Translations under genes and position numbers: made by a program
Assembly (NCBI GenBank): GCA_002245135.1
Contig: NGBS01000907.1
Coordinates: 1 to 62,747 of the forward strand
Direction of reading: 5' to 3'
Source: Proteromonas lacertae
Lineage: Eukaryota
Length of the DNA stretch: 62,747 bases
Part shown: positions 1 to 13,426 of the stretch, piece after piece
Layout of the letters: the number at the start of each line of letters is the position of its first letter
How positions within the stretch are numbered: the first letter of the stretch is position 1
The notes under the pieces: model-generated
Database searches by the model: none
Told to the model about the DNA's origin: nothing
Seen by the model: only the letters and a program-made list of their open reading frames with translations

Positions 1-123
1 ATAATTTGATTTTTATATTATATTAATGTATGTCTATATGTGTCTTTCATTGTTTAAAGAATGTAATTACCCATAAAAGTAACAACATATTAAAATAAAA
101 ATAAGCCTCAGTAAAATTTAAAA

Positions 124-1248
124 ATGATAAAAACATCATCTGAAGCTAGAGATGCTAATTACTGGATTAAAATAGGTCAAATTGGTCAAGGAACCTATGG
201 TAAAGTGTATTTAGCACATAGTAAAGACTCCAAAGAGTTAGTTGCTTTAAAGAAAGTATTTTAGAATAATATATATATTTAGATCCAATTACATCACCAA
301 CATGAAGGTTTCCCAATAACTGCAATTCGTGAAATCAAAATCTTGAAGAGTATAAAACATCCAAATGTAGTAGAGTTGAAAGAAATCGCAACATGTGCTT
401 CCGAAATGAAGGTGAGAGAGATGATGTATATTTGGTATTTGAATACTGTGATACTGATTTATCTGGTTTAATGGACTTAAGTCGAGAGAAGATAATTCCT
501 TGGTTTGATGAAGAGACAATCAAATGTTACAGTTATCAGTTATTGATAGGTTTAAAGTTTCTTCATGAAAAGAAAATAATGCATCGAGATTTAAAATGTT
601 CGAATATTCTAATAAACAAAAACAATGAATTAAAACTAGCTGATTTTGGTTTAAGTCGTAGTTTATCATCAATGGAAAGAGAATATACGAATAAAGTAAT
701 AACATTATGGTATAGACCTCCTGAATTATTATTGGGAAGTACAAAATATAATAACAGTGTTGATATGTGGAGTGTAGGATGTATAATCGGTGAATTATTA
801 GTAGGAAAAGCAATATTCAATAAAACGAAAGAAAATGAACAATTAGAAATGAATATTAGATATTTGTGGAAGTAATGATATTCCAATGGAATTAAAATCA
901 ATGAAAAACAGTAATTTATTAAAGAATATGAATTTAAATAAAGAAAGAAGTTTAAAAGAACATTTAGAGATGATAGGAAAAGAGAAACAAGGTGAAGATT
1001 ATAAATTAAGTGAAGATGGATTTGATTTAATAAATAAGCTGTTAGTATTAGATGGAAATAATCGGTTAAGTGCGAGTGAATGTTTAAGACATAAATGGTT
1101 TGAAAAAGTATTAAAAGCAAGTGATTTAAAAGAGTTAGAAATACCAAGTAGTGGAGGCCATGAGTTAGAAACAAAACAATTTCGTCGAAAGAGAAATGAA
1201 TCTAATTCAATTCCTAAATCAATGAATGTAAATAAGAATATAAAATAA
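124..1248 (+). CDS. PITAIRE-type cyclin-dependent kinase (CDK12/13/CDKC/Ctk1-like), copy 1; two single-base indels relative to copy 2
   Basis: GQGTYGKV, VALKK, a short intron at ~257-282, EGFPITAIRE, HRDLKCSN, DFG and TLWYRPPE. Frame breaks at ~404 (one A missing) and ~852 (one A extra) versus the intact copy. Confidence 0.88.
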
Positions 1249-1287
1249 TTTAAAATGTTATTAATTATTATTTTCATTTTATATATT

Positions 1288-3409
1288 TTATTGGTAATGA
1301 GAAACTGATAATAATTCAAGTGAAGTGTTTTGGTATAATAATTCAGCATATGGATATAATGGAGAAGGTAAATCTTTAACAAGTAAAACAGGAGATGAAT
1401 TATTATGACTTATCCACCATTCTCTTTTATTCATATCAACAATCACTTCATAAATTGAACCATCTCCATGATTATTGAAATTTGGATTTTTATTAACAAC
1501 TCTTCCAATATGACAATAATAAGTAATATCTTGACTTTTACCATAAAATGCAACATAATTACATGTTGTTGCTTCATTATAAATATCATTACCAGAATAT
1601 GTATTATCAGTTGATAATCCTAACATCATATGATCATAATAACTTCTATTTCGATGAAATTGATATTTGATATGATAAATTCCATTTTCCATTTTCAAAT
1701 TCAAATAACAATGATTCCAATCATAGAATATATTTGTTATTAATTTTCCATTATTTGATATTGATATTCCATCACTTTTGTTTATTTCTGTCAATTTTAC
1801 ATCAACAAATTCTAATGATATTTTGAATTTCTTTTCACTTTGATTATTCTTACATATTATTTCATATCCTTTCTTTTCTATTACTTTATTCATTTTTCCA
1901 TGAATTATTCCATTTTCTTTATCTATCATTAAACCATCAGGTAAGGAAGGATTGATTGAAAATTCACATTTTGATCCATCAAATGAAGGAATTATTAATA
2001 TTTCTTCATCTGATATAAATAAATATTCTGATTGAGGATATGAAAATGATGTGATTTCTTTTGTTTTTAATTCACTCAATAATTCTTTATCTTTCATTAT
2101 TTTTATCATTTCTTCTTCTTCTTCGAAACTCAGTTTATTCTCTTTTATATATTCTATTAATAATTCTTTAGATTTGGAATTTAGATAATTATCTTCATTC
2201 AATATTCTAAAAAGAATTTCTTTTCCACATATTTCTTCCATTATTGAAATACTCTTTTTAATCTCAATGAATAAACATAAACACTTCATTGTTCGATTTC
2301 TTTTATTCTCATTATATTCTATACATAATCTGTCCAATAGATTTCTCTTTTCTATATTTGAGATATATTCTATTTAAATATATTTTTAGTATTTATACTT
2401 TCCATTTTCACATTCTTATATTTCATTATCATCAATACTATTTCGGTCATTTTTATATTATTCATTTCTAATATACACATTATTTCATCATTCAATTCTT
2501 CTTCTTTCATCTTATCCAATATTCTTCTTTCTTCTTCATTAAATACTTCTTCTTTATTATCTTCATTGTATTTGTTGATTATTACATTTTGAATTCTCTC
2601 ATCTTTTATTAAATATAATTCTATATGATTTTTACATTCATTCTCTTTAATTCTATTTTCATTTCTTTCAACATTTCTTTATTCTCTTTTTCTATCTCTT
2701 TCTCTTTTATCTTTTCACAATCGATATCTTCTTCTATCAATTGTTTAAAATCTGCTTTAATCTCTTTATTATCATACTTATTCTTTTGGAATTTATACCA
2801 TTCTAATAAGCGATTTAATAACCAACTCTCACTTCGAATTATCACATCTTTCATATTTAATATCTCACTCAAATTATTCATTTCTAATCTCAACAAATAT
2901 TCATTCTTATATAAATATTTATATCCTCGCTTTTCTATTTCCATATTTTCAAGTCTTCTATCTCTCTCAAACATCCACCAAATACATTACAAATATGAAT
3001 TAATTTCATTAATACTTCATCATCTATATTATTATTCACAAATTCATAACAATCATTTATTATCTCTTTTTCACTATAACATAAACAAAACATCAACACT
3101 TCACACACACTCTCTTTACAGATTATCAGTTCACCACCACTGTAGTATTTCTCCATCTCATAATATCCAATTTCTTCGATTTCTTCATATAACTCCAAAA
3201 CTCCAACAAACTCACGATCTAATAACAGTTTCTTTACAGTCTCATTTCCATTCACTAAAATTGATTTGATTGACATTATTCGACTATCTCTAATCTTCAC
3301 TTCTATTTCACCAAAACCACTTTCAACCAATTTTCGACATAATCTATCATAAAAATAAATACAAAATATACCCCTCTTCTCTTATGCTTTCATTCACTTT
3401 TTTTATCAT
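1288..3409 (-). CDS. BTB-BACK / putative Ig (He_PIG-like) / SPRY(B30.2) protein, copy 1; frameshifted at ~2945 and ~2640
   Basis: Near-identical to 13427-15553. ORF pieces 2935-3330, 2621-2974 and 1288-2337 join once single-base indels are corrected and two short introns removed. Confidence 0.8.
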
Positions 3410-4064
3410 CTTTATGTAAATATAAAACAAAAATAACGAAATTTGATTTTTATCAAAATTTTGAATAACCCAAAAATTAAAAAGATGAAAAACATTCTAT
3501 ATATCAATATTGAAGATTATATTGGTGTATAAATTCCTTCATTATGTTATATTAAATTGTAAAATGTGAAGTATACAATGAAATGTGATTACTTTGTTAA
3601 AGTAAGCGATTTTACAACTATTAATGTTTTTATAGAAGATTAATAAATACATTATCTGTGAGATTATATATTAAATATGTGATTATCCAGAAACATGACA
3701 GATAAAAGAAATGAGTGAAGAGAGTGATAATGATAATGATATAGTTAATATTATATTCTTTCCAACTGTTATTTGTGTGTGAATATTTTTATCCACCAAA
3801 TAGAAGAATGTAAGTTTTACCATCATATTAATTATAATTACATGTAATTGGTTGATCAAAATCTCTTTTTTTCACAATGAATATTATCAATAATAGACAT
3901 TTTATGTATTAATAATACCAATTATTACTTTCATCCTCAAATAAGAAAAACTTATGTTAATTTTGATTTTTGCTGTATGAAAATTTCTAATGTAAAAGAA
4001 ATATACTCAAATAAAGCAAATAGAATTAATGAAATAATAATAATAACAATTATTAATAATATAT

Positions 4065-5009
4065 TTAAAATTGAATATTCCAGCTTGATCTAAGCATAGC
4101 TTCAAAATCATCATCATCATATATTAATCCACCAATATCTAAAAAGTAATCCATAAACACATCAGGAGTTATTCTATCTTCATTTAAATCCCAAGAATAG
4201 AGAAAATGCTTCCAACCGTCTTCTTCTCCCAATTTACCAGCAGCTACTGGTGGATATGTGTTTATATTAAAATTAGAAGTGATATCATCGATTGTAATAT
4301 AACCTTGTTTGTTTTTATCTAATTTTTGAAATAAACTACTTATTAATTTCTTTCGACAATATTTTATTACTCCTCTTACTCCTTTAAAGAAGTCTTCATA
4401 CTGTACAAAACTGTCTCCTGCTATATCAAAACACTTCATTATCACTTTTGCATCTAAGTCTGGAATACAATAGCCTTCTTTTCGTAATGTTCTAACTAAT
4501 TCGTCATTTAATAATTTACCATCATTATATACATCAGTTGCTTTGAATATTTGACGTAAGGTCCTAATTCCGAGAATACCATCAAGACGATAGACTGAAT
4601 CACGGAAACGTTGGATTGAATAACGATATTCTGCAGATCCTTGTGGATTTGGAGTTAAACTGTAGAGATAATTGCTGAAATCTTTATATGGGAATTGACT
4701 AAGAATGAATATAAAATAATTATATAATACCAAGACCATCTATATCATATCTTTGAAATAAACCTTTTACTGCTCTTTGAACACCTACAAAGTTCATTTC
4801 TATCATAGCTGCATTAAATTCTTCAAATGTTAAATAACCACTTCTTCTACCATCAAATCTTAAGAATTTTAAATGTAATTTATATGCTTGAGTTTCTTCA
4901 TTAACAAATCCAGTCATTACCTCAATATTGTTTCTAATTCTTTGTTCCAAATCATCAATTTGCTTCTCATAATGTCACGATTATTTATTCTAGTTGTAGT
5001 TGTATTCAT
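4065..5009 (-). CDS. EF-hand calcium-binding protein (calcyphosin-like)
   Basis: EF-hand loops DVYNDGKL, DIAGDSFV, DKNKQGYI and a calcyphosin-like end (DDDFEAMLRSSW). Intron near 4699-4730. The start and one junction need a 1-nt correction. Confidence 0.75.
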
Positions 5010-5234
5010 TTCGATAAATTCAAACTGCCGTTTCTTTCCGTTTCTCTTCAAACCTCAAACCTCAGTACTTATTAAATTCAATTTTTATGTGAATTATGTT
5101 GATTGAATAAGAATAAAAAAGTAAAATACATAATTTATAAGCAATGTAGTTTTGATAATCAACATAAAAATCTTTCATTCTAATTTTGATGAAACGAATA
5201 TAATTTTGAAATATAGATTTTTTTCATTTTTTTC

Positions 5235-6702
5235 ATGGCATTATTTCAGAAGAAGAGTTTTGTAGATGAATTTGGCGAAGAAGATGAAGCACCTTTGTAT
5301 TTCAAATTTTATTATATCGATAGAATAGAACCTGAAGAAGAGATACCAAGAGTGAGTGGTTCAACAATGTTTTTAGAACCACCAACTGTATTTAATTGTG
5401 TTTATTGTGTAGGGCTCAATATTGTCAACAGTATTTACTTTAACTTGCACTATTGTTGGTGGAGGCGTTTTATCACTACCATACGCATTTTATTCAGCTG
5501 GACTAGGAATGGGACTTATTTTGTTAGTATTTGTAGGATTTGTATCAGGATATACATGTATATTAATCGTAAAAGCAGGAAAAACAGCACAGAAACATAC
5601 ATTTGGTACATTAGCAGAAGTAGCTTTAGGTAAGTATGCAAGACCCTTAGTATGCTTCTTGTTAATATTCTTATTATTCTTTTCACATATTGGATATATG
5701 GTTTTATTAGGAGATTTAGTCACTCCAGTTGTTCAAGAATTATTACCAGACATTCCCCATTTTTTCACAAGCCGAGCCTTTATTATGTTTGTGTGTTTAG
5801 TATTGATATTTCCATGTGCATTTTCAAACAATTAACAGTTTTACAATACAGTTCTTTATTAGGAATTTTGTTTATTTTTGTAATTGCAGCTACTATTATT
5901 TATCGATGTTTTTATCCTTATGAAGGTAATAATTATACACCAATCAATTGGAATAATGTTGAATGGGTAAGAGGAGGAAGTGGACCATTTTTAACATTGA
6001 GTTTGATGGGAGTTTCATTTTTGTGTCATTTCAGTATATTACCTGCTTATAATGATTTGAAGAATAATTCAACTGTAAAAATAGGAATAGTATATATATA
6101 TATATATATATTAATATTTTATAAATTTAATATAATTTTTTAATTATGTTTATAGTCCATCGGTTGTACAATGGGAATGTCAGGTATATTGTATATATTA
6201 GTTGCAACATTTGGCTATTTATCATTTTATGATAAAATTAAAGGAGATGTGTTATTAAATTACAATACAAAGGATATTGTGATTGGAATTGGAAGGTTTG
6301 GCTTGGCTCTTTGCTTGTTGTTTGGATTACCACTTTTGACTGTTCCAATGAGAATGTATGTAAGAGAATTCCTTAAATTGAAAAAAGAACAAGATAATGT
6401 GAAATTTAGAGTATTGACTTCTTTGATTGTTTATATATTCTGTTATGGCGTTTCAATATTAGTTCCTGGTATATTGATAGTGTGGAGTTTCTTTGGATCT
6501 ACAATCGGAGTAATTTTTAATTACATTTTACCTGGAATTCTATATTGGAGAGTATCAAAATATCCTTGGTATGAAATGCATACACTGTTTGCTTGTATAT
6601 ATAGTAATTTTGATATATTTCATTTTAGTATCGATATCTATATTTGGATGCATAATGATTCCAGTTGGATTATGGGGAGCTGTAGAAAATCTTTATTCTT
6701 AA
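5235..6702 (+). CDS. Amino-acid transporter, AAAP/SLC38-like
   Basis: TIVGGGVLSLPYAF, FLCHFSIL and FGYLSF..IKGDVLLNY motifs with many TM segments. Several short introns; one apparent frameshift at ~5830. Confidence 0.9.
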
Positions 6703-6800
6703 TTATATTCTGTTTTTTTTGAATTTGTTTCTATCAAGCCAAACTTGTTACTTTATTTTTCTTGTTTCATCTGTTTATGAAATCAATTTAAAATCGTAAT

Positions 6801-9800
6801 ATGTCCAAAAAACGTTACATAGTAGATCAAATTGAACTACATACTCCAAAATCTGATATCCTGTATTTTTTCTCATTTTTATTCATTCTAGTGTTGCATT
6901 GCCTGTACAATGGTATAAAACATGGGAATATTCTGATATAAATAAATACGTATATTCCTTTTGCCTATAGTCCTAGCCAATCAATTATAGTAGTATGAAA
7001 GACAGCAATGGCAATGTTGATTTCTCAGTATACTCACATTGCTATATTAAATTATAGCCAAGTAAGTGCCTATTTGTAAGTGATTCAATATATAAACAAA
7101 TTGAGCAAATAATAGGTAAACAAGCAGAGGTAATATATGTTTACCACAATAGAATTGATAATTGTTATGTAAGGTTAGTTAGATTTCATGTATAATAATA
7201 ATATTATTTAATGAAATAGTATTACTTTAGAAAGAATGGTATAACATATCGTAATTGTGCATCTAAGAGAGATATATACATACCAGAAGATTGTGATATT
7301 AAGAAGTGGATTAATAATCATTATAAAATTGATGATTTTTTCAAAATATATATACGAAATAATAAAGCTGATGCTTGGTTAAATATTATTTCCCATTATT
7401 ATCCAACTATAAAAAATGATAATGATAAAGATTTATTGTTAGATTATACAACGCACAATGAAAAATCGAAAAATTTAAACTTTGTGGAATAAGTAGAAAA
7501 GAGTCAAATCTGATGAATAACAATCAATATTTTGATGTTTGTGATAAGACAGGTCATTGGTATGAAGCTAAAATATTGGAGATAACTAATGAATCAATAA
7601 CTGTACAGTTTTGTCATGATTGTTATTACTATCCAGAATTAATGTATAGTTATTTATTGTTTATTATATATATATATATACTAGTCCAAGAAATGAGATT
7701 GATAATAGATTTAGACCTTTATATTATTTCACAGAATATTTTCGAGCTGCTTTAGTAGGTGATTATCGATTATATAGAAACGATTTCAAATGGATTCCTA
7801 TCGTAATAACTGCAATAAGTGGTGAAACAGTTAGAGCAAAAATGTTAAATACTGATGATGAAATACAATTTAATATTTATTCTGAAGATTATGGAGTTCA
7901 TGGTATTCATGATAGATTGATAGAATTTGAATATTATAACAATGCTTCAACGGAATCAAAAGGAAAATATTATTATCCGCTAATGGAAAAACCGAAGAAT
8001 GATATAATTGTCCAAAATGAAATACTCACAGAAAACCACAGATCAATTGCTACAGCCAATGAAGAAAAGATTAATAAAATACGAAGTGAAAAAGAATGGA
8101 AGATAGAGTTTATACAAACACATCCAATAGAAATTCACTAGATAGAATGATAAGTCCACCACCTTTAAACAGATTAAATAGTAATAGCAAATATAATAAT
8201 AATTATCAATCTTCAACTACAACAAATAAATCATCTACTACTTCTATTGATCTTCGCTCTTCTTCACCAACTAATAAACGTTCTTCTATGAATAGTAATA
8301 TGAATATTTTAGCTAATAATAATAATTATCATTATAGTGGTAATAGTTTTATAGATTATGATAGATCTAGTAGTTTAACTAATAACGATAAGTTTTCTTT
8401 TGATAATCTTTTAGATGATGATAACAATGATGATTATGATAGTGGTAAAGAATATATATATAGTGATAGTAGAAAAAGAACAATTGATAAAAATGGAAGA
8501 AAAACTTCTACAAGTTTAGATGATTTCAATTTGTTAGAGAATAATGTGAGTAGTTATAGCACATCTTCATTATCTTCTCCGCTTTCACATACAAAGACAT
8601 CAAGCCCTAGTTCGAGATTATTGAATAGAAAAGGATTGTGTGGTTTGTTTAATATTGGAAATACTTGTTATATGAATTCTATACTTCAATGTTTGAATAA
8701 TTGTACTGAATTAACGAATTATATGAAAAATGATAAATATATTGAATCGTTAAAGGTAACAAAACCAAAAGGAAAAATAACTGAATCTTATGCTTCTGTA
8801 ATTAAAGACTTATGGAATAAAAATATTAGTGATTATGTAAATCCATCAATTCTAAAGAATGCAATAAGCCTCAGTGCAACACAATTTATAGGCTGTAGTC
8901 AAAATGATTCTCATGAATTTTTAAGTTACTTATTAGACGGAATGAATGAAGAATTAGCTATAAAACCAAATGGATCTGTTATAACGGATATATTTCAAGG
9001 AAAATATATCTCCAAAATACAATGTGAATGTGGAAACTGTTCAACAACTGAAGAATTATTTACATCCTTAACTTTAGCAATTCCAAGTGTAGAGATGAAT
9101 AGATGTTTACCGAAATATTCAGAAGATTTAGTGAATTATAAGAAGCAATCTTTTAGAGTATTGTTTTATGAAGATCCATTGATTACTCCTATTAAATTGT
9201 ATGTAACTCCAGTGGAATTAACTATTAGATCAATGAAAATAGCATTAATTGAAGTAATGAATTTGAATGAAAGTAGTATATTACATGTAGCTATAACGTA
9301 TATATATATATTATTTTAACATATAAATATAAATAGTGATAATGATGGTAAAATCACTTCAGCTGAAGAAATGTTGAATGAATTGAAACTAGATTCTGTT
9401 AAAACCTATTATGTATTTAATGACAATACTCCTGATGGTTATGTTACACAATCCACTTATAGATCACATATTTATACTAAAACAAAAATGCATATGTTAT
9501 TCAACAACTTATTTTTCATTAATTTTGTTGTTTATAATAACAGTAATAAAACTAAAAGTGGAAAGTTATTAGTCCCAAGGTATTTCTATGTAAATGCTAC
9601 TTCTTTACCAAATGTATAATATATATATATTATTTTAATAGACAAAACCTTTGGTTGAAAAATTCCTTTATGATGATTTGTCAATTGATAAAAAAATGAT
9701 TAGTCGAATTGATTGTGATAGAACTACATAAAACACAAATATACAATGTATATGTTGATAGTAAATTCAAAGTTGAAGATTCCATCTTTACGCAGTTAAG

Positions 9801-10447
9801 AACAGATAAATCAACAGTAAATGATAAAAATTGTAATGAAAATATGGAAAACAATCTAATAAATCAAAGTGAAACATCTTTTGATAGTAATAGTTATACA
9901 ATTACACTGGAAAACTGCTTAAATTTGTTTCTAAGTAAAGAATTATTGGTGGATAAAGATAAATATGATTGTAGTAAGTGTATGAAACTATCAAATGCTT
10001 CAAAACAATATGCATTTGTATATGTTCCAAATATACTGATTATACATATATCATTTTATATATATATATTTTATATATATTATTTTCTTTAATTTTGATG
10101 TGTCTGTAATTTGCTCGTTTTTCAGAGACAAAGGGTAAGAATGAGGAGAATATATCCTATCCAAATATTTTGGATTTATCTCCTTATATGAAAGATAAAA
10201 GTGATGAAAATAACACTTATAATCTTATTGGTGTTGTTGTATATATTTTTTAGTGTTATTATTTTTATTTTAATAGTGTCATACAGGTACTTTATCACTT
10301 GGTCATTATATTGCTTATGGTTTTAATCATGAAACTAACAAATGGTACAAATATAATGATACGTATATAAATGAAGTGGATGAAAATGAGTGTCATTCTC
10401 CAAATGCATATATATTATTTTATGAAAGAATTAAATCAATTATGTAG
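6801..10447 (+). CDS. Ubiquitin-specific protease (USP/C19 family), multi-exon
   Basis: Cys box GLFNIGNTCYMNSILQCL, QNDSHEFL, His box HTGTLSLGHYIAY, WYKYND, AYILFYER; stop TAG at 10445-10447. The N-terminal exon structure is approximate. Confidence 0.9.
10048..10109 (+). other. Putative U12-type (minor spliceosome) intron, AT-AA termini, in the USP gene
   Basis: Starts ATATCATTT, has branch-like TTCTTTAAT, ends ...GTAA. Removal joins PNILIIH to FARFSETKGK...YPNILDL in frame (USP LIIHLKRF motif). No GT donor preserves this motif. Confidence 0.7.
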
Positions 10448-10517
10448 TCACATTATTTTTTGAAATTTGTTGTATTATTCTAATGAAAAACACTTGACAT
10501 TAAATTATTCTTATAAA

Positions 10518-10803
10518 TTAAAAATCTAACAACAATTGAGGTAGTATTCTTTGAATATGTTCTGGCTTTACCTCATTTTCACCTGATTCTTTAGCTACAA
10601 TAATTGCTCTTGATAAAGCTTCTATAAAAATATAATTTAATTTAGTTACCTTCTAAAAATGCTTGAATATACACTGCAGAAAGATCATTCGCTGTTGTTG
10701 ATACTTTCATTCTTCCATTAAGACATTTTGCTAGCATAGCTTGAACTGTATTCTTTTAATATATCAATAAACAAAATACCCTCTTTATAGTGAGTGAATC
10801 CAT
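10518..10803 (-). CDS. CENPX: Centromere protein X / MHF2 histone-fold protein
   Basis: Three exons give MDSLTIKR/NTVQAMLAK...YIQAFLE/EALSRA...EHIQRILPQLLLDF*. The C-terminal LPQLLLDF is characteristic of CENP-X. Missing from the ORF track. Confidence 0.88.
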
Positions 10804-11064
10804 TTCACAAAAAAATCAAAACGAATATAATTTTTGAAACTCATTTTTTACTTTCATATTTTAAATTGTTGGTTTTATTTTCTGAAGTGATAAATACCAA
10901 GAACAACATTCCATATATCATTATAATTCCCACATAACTATTATAATTAATGAGTTCTTGATGTTGCTGTAAAAAGGACTTGGCTTGAATCTTGTTTTTA
11001 AGGCTTGAGTGTTTTTTCATTTTTATATTGTAAGTAAGCCATCCATTATTTATTCAAATAGAAT

Positions 11065-12743
11065 ATGAGTTTTTCAGCTAGATCAAATGGCTCACCATTT
11101 CCAGCGCAAGGAGATCCATTTGAAAACATTTTATCTTATTCTGAAGCTTATATAGGATTAAAAAAAGTATTCTACTTTCATTTACATCACTATAGATTTC
11201 AAGACTAGTTTACATGGCAGATAGAGACAATGAGTATTCTAGACATGCTTTTCTAGAAGCACTTAACTACAGCAACAACAAGCACATTCCAGCTTATATT
11301 GCAGATGTATAGAAATAATTGATAACGATTATAGCTTAAACAAATCAATGCAAAACATCAATTTCACTTTGATGACATGTTAAAAGACACTGTAAAGCCA
11401 CATAACGACGAAATCATTGAAACAACTGGTGCTTCATTACAAGGTGAAACTGGTAAGGTATTTATTATCAGGATTATTTGAAATTCATAGCTTGATTTAG
11501 AAAACAGAGCAGAATATTTCGCAAACAAACACGAATACAACAAAGCAGTCGCAGCATTAGTCCAATCCAGACAATACGGCAACACAGATAAAGATCGAGG
11601 ATTAACTCAATTAAAGATCTGTAGTTTAGTCTCTATCTTCGGTGATGGTAAGAGTTTATTAAATCACAGTCAATATAATAAAGGACTAGTTGAATTAAAG
11701 AATCAAAGTTTAGAAATTTATCATGGGTTGAATGTATGTTATGCTTTAAGTAAAATCATTACACCCTGCAAGTTAGAAGAATATAAACGAAATTTAAAAG
11801 ATGCATCAAGGATATTAAAAGATGTAATATTATCAAGAAGATATAAAGAAGAAGTTATGCCGTTTAATCATGTGATTATATATTTTGTAATATCTTCAAT
11901 TTGTGGTTCAAGTAGAGAAGAATTGTTGAGTGAAATAGTGAATAATCCGTCAGTAATGAAGATTATTAGAGAATCTTATCCAAATTTGAAAGTATTATTG
12001 AATTCCATTGCTCAATGTGATTATAAGACCTATAGATTATCTTGGATTAAAATGAATGTATATATTTATTTTATAAATTTTTATCTTTTATTGTAATAGA
12101 GATTCATTGAAAATGATTACATTCTAAGATTTACTAATGTAACAATTGTTGGTTTATTCAAGAAAGCATCATTAGAACAATACTTCAAACCATATAAAAT
12201 CATTAAGCTATCATCAATGGCAGAAGAATTTGGTGATAATTTAGGCAATCTTCAAAAAGAAATGAGTAATTTGATAATCACAGGAATTATTGATGGTAAA
12301 ATTGATGAAGAGAATCAATGTTTATATTTGAAGAAAGGTGTTAATACAAATCAGATAATTATGCAGTCTTATAATACTGTTAATAATTCAATCTATGATC
12401 AAAAAGCAAATGTATATATTTATTTACTTATTTTATTTATTTATAGATATTTAGAATCAAATTATATGAAAGACAACTAGAATTACAACGTGATGAGAAT
12501 ATAAAAGCAAGAAAAGAAATAAAAAAGAAGAGAGAAGAAGAAAACAGACGTCCTTACAATAGAATCAATCCACAGATGTATGGAAGAGGAGGTATGGGAG
12601 GATATGGACCTGAATATGATGATGATTATGACTATGAAGATGACTATCCTCATCACCATGATTATACATCTGGCTATAGAGCATCTAGTTCTCATGATCA
12701 TTTAGATCCAAGGAGATCTGAGCATTTCGATAGAAGACCATAA
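11065..12743 (+). CDS. CSN1: PCI-domain protein, COP9 signalosome subunit 1-like
   Basis: N-terminal Y.G.KKI.RL.YMAD motif, PCI winged helix (QYFKPY...MAEEFG...LIITGIIDGKID) and a low-complexity tail; several short introns. Confidence 0.7.
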
Positions 12744-13426
12744 GTGATTGAAATTGATTTATTATATTATTTTCATTCTTATTATTATTATTTTTTGGTG
12801 TATAAATAGGAATTAAAAATAGGAATTGGTTGATTAAAATGAAGCAAGAATAATACATGTAATTCTACACAAACTAAAATTAGTTTTTCTTATTTGAGGA
12901 TGAAAGTAATAATTGGTATTATTAATACATAAAATGTCTATTATTGATAATATTCATTGTGAAAAAAGAGATTTTGATCAACCAACTACATGTAATTATA
13001 ATTAATATGATGGTAAAACTTACATTCTTCTATTTGGTGATAAAAATATTCACACACAAATAACAACTGTTGGAAAGAATATAATATTAACTATATCATT
13101 ATCATTATCACTCTCTTCACTCATTTCTTTAATCTGTCATGTTTCTAGATAATCACATATTTAATATATATAATCTCACAGATAATATATTTATTAATCT
13201 TCTATAAAAACATTAATAGTTGTAAAATCGCTTACTTTAACAAAGTAATCACATTTCATTATATACTTCACATTTTACAATTTTATAGAGCATAATGAAG
13301 GAATTTATACACCAATATAATCTTCAATATTGATATATAGAATGTTTTTCACATTTTAAGTTTTAGGTTATTCAAAATTTTGATAAAAATCAAATTTCGT
13401 TATTTTTGTTATATATTTACATAAAG

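Larger units (their letters stand above)
1..3952. repeat. Left arm of a ~4 kb inverted segmental duplication (partner 12882-16837); runs off the window start
   Basis: Base 1 onward (ataatttgatttttat...) is the reverse complement of 16837 backward. Similarity ends at ...cctcaaataagaaaaact (3952 vs 12882). The same CDK and BTB-SPRY ORFs appear on opposite strands. Confidence 0.97.

Noticed and set aside
124..10447. Apparent cluster of pseudogenes (CDK copy 1, BTB copy 1, EF-hand, transporter, USP)
   Set aside because: The breaks are single-base indels, mostly in short homopolymers, and also hit conserved single-copy genes. Polishing error is more likely than real decay; needs reads.
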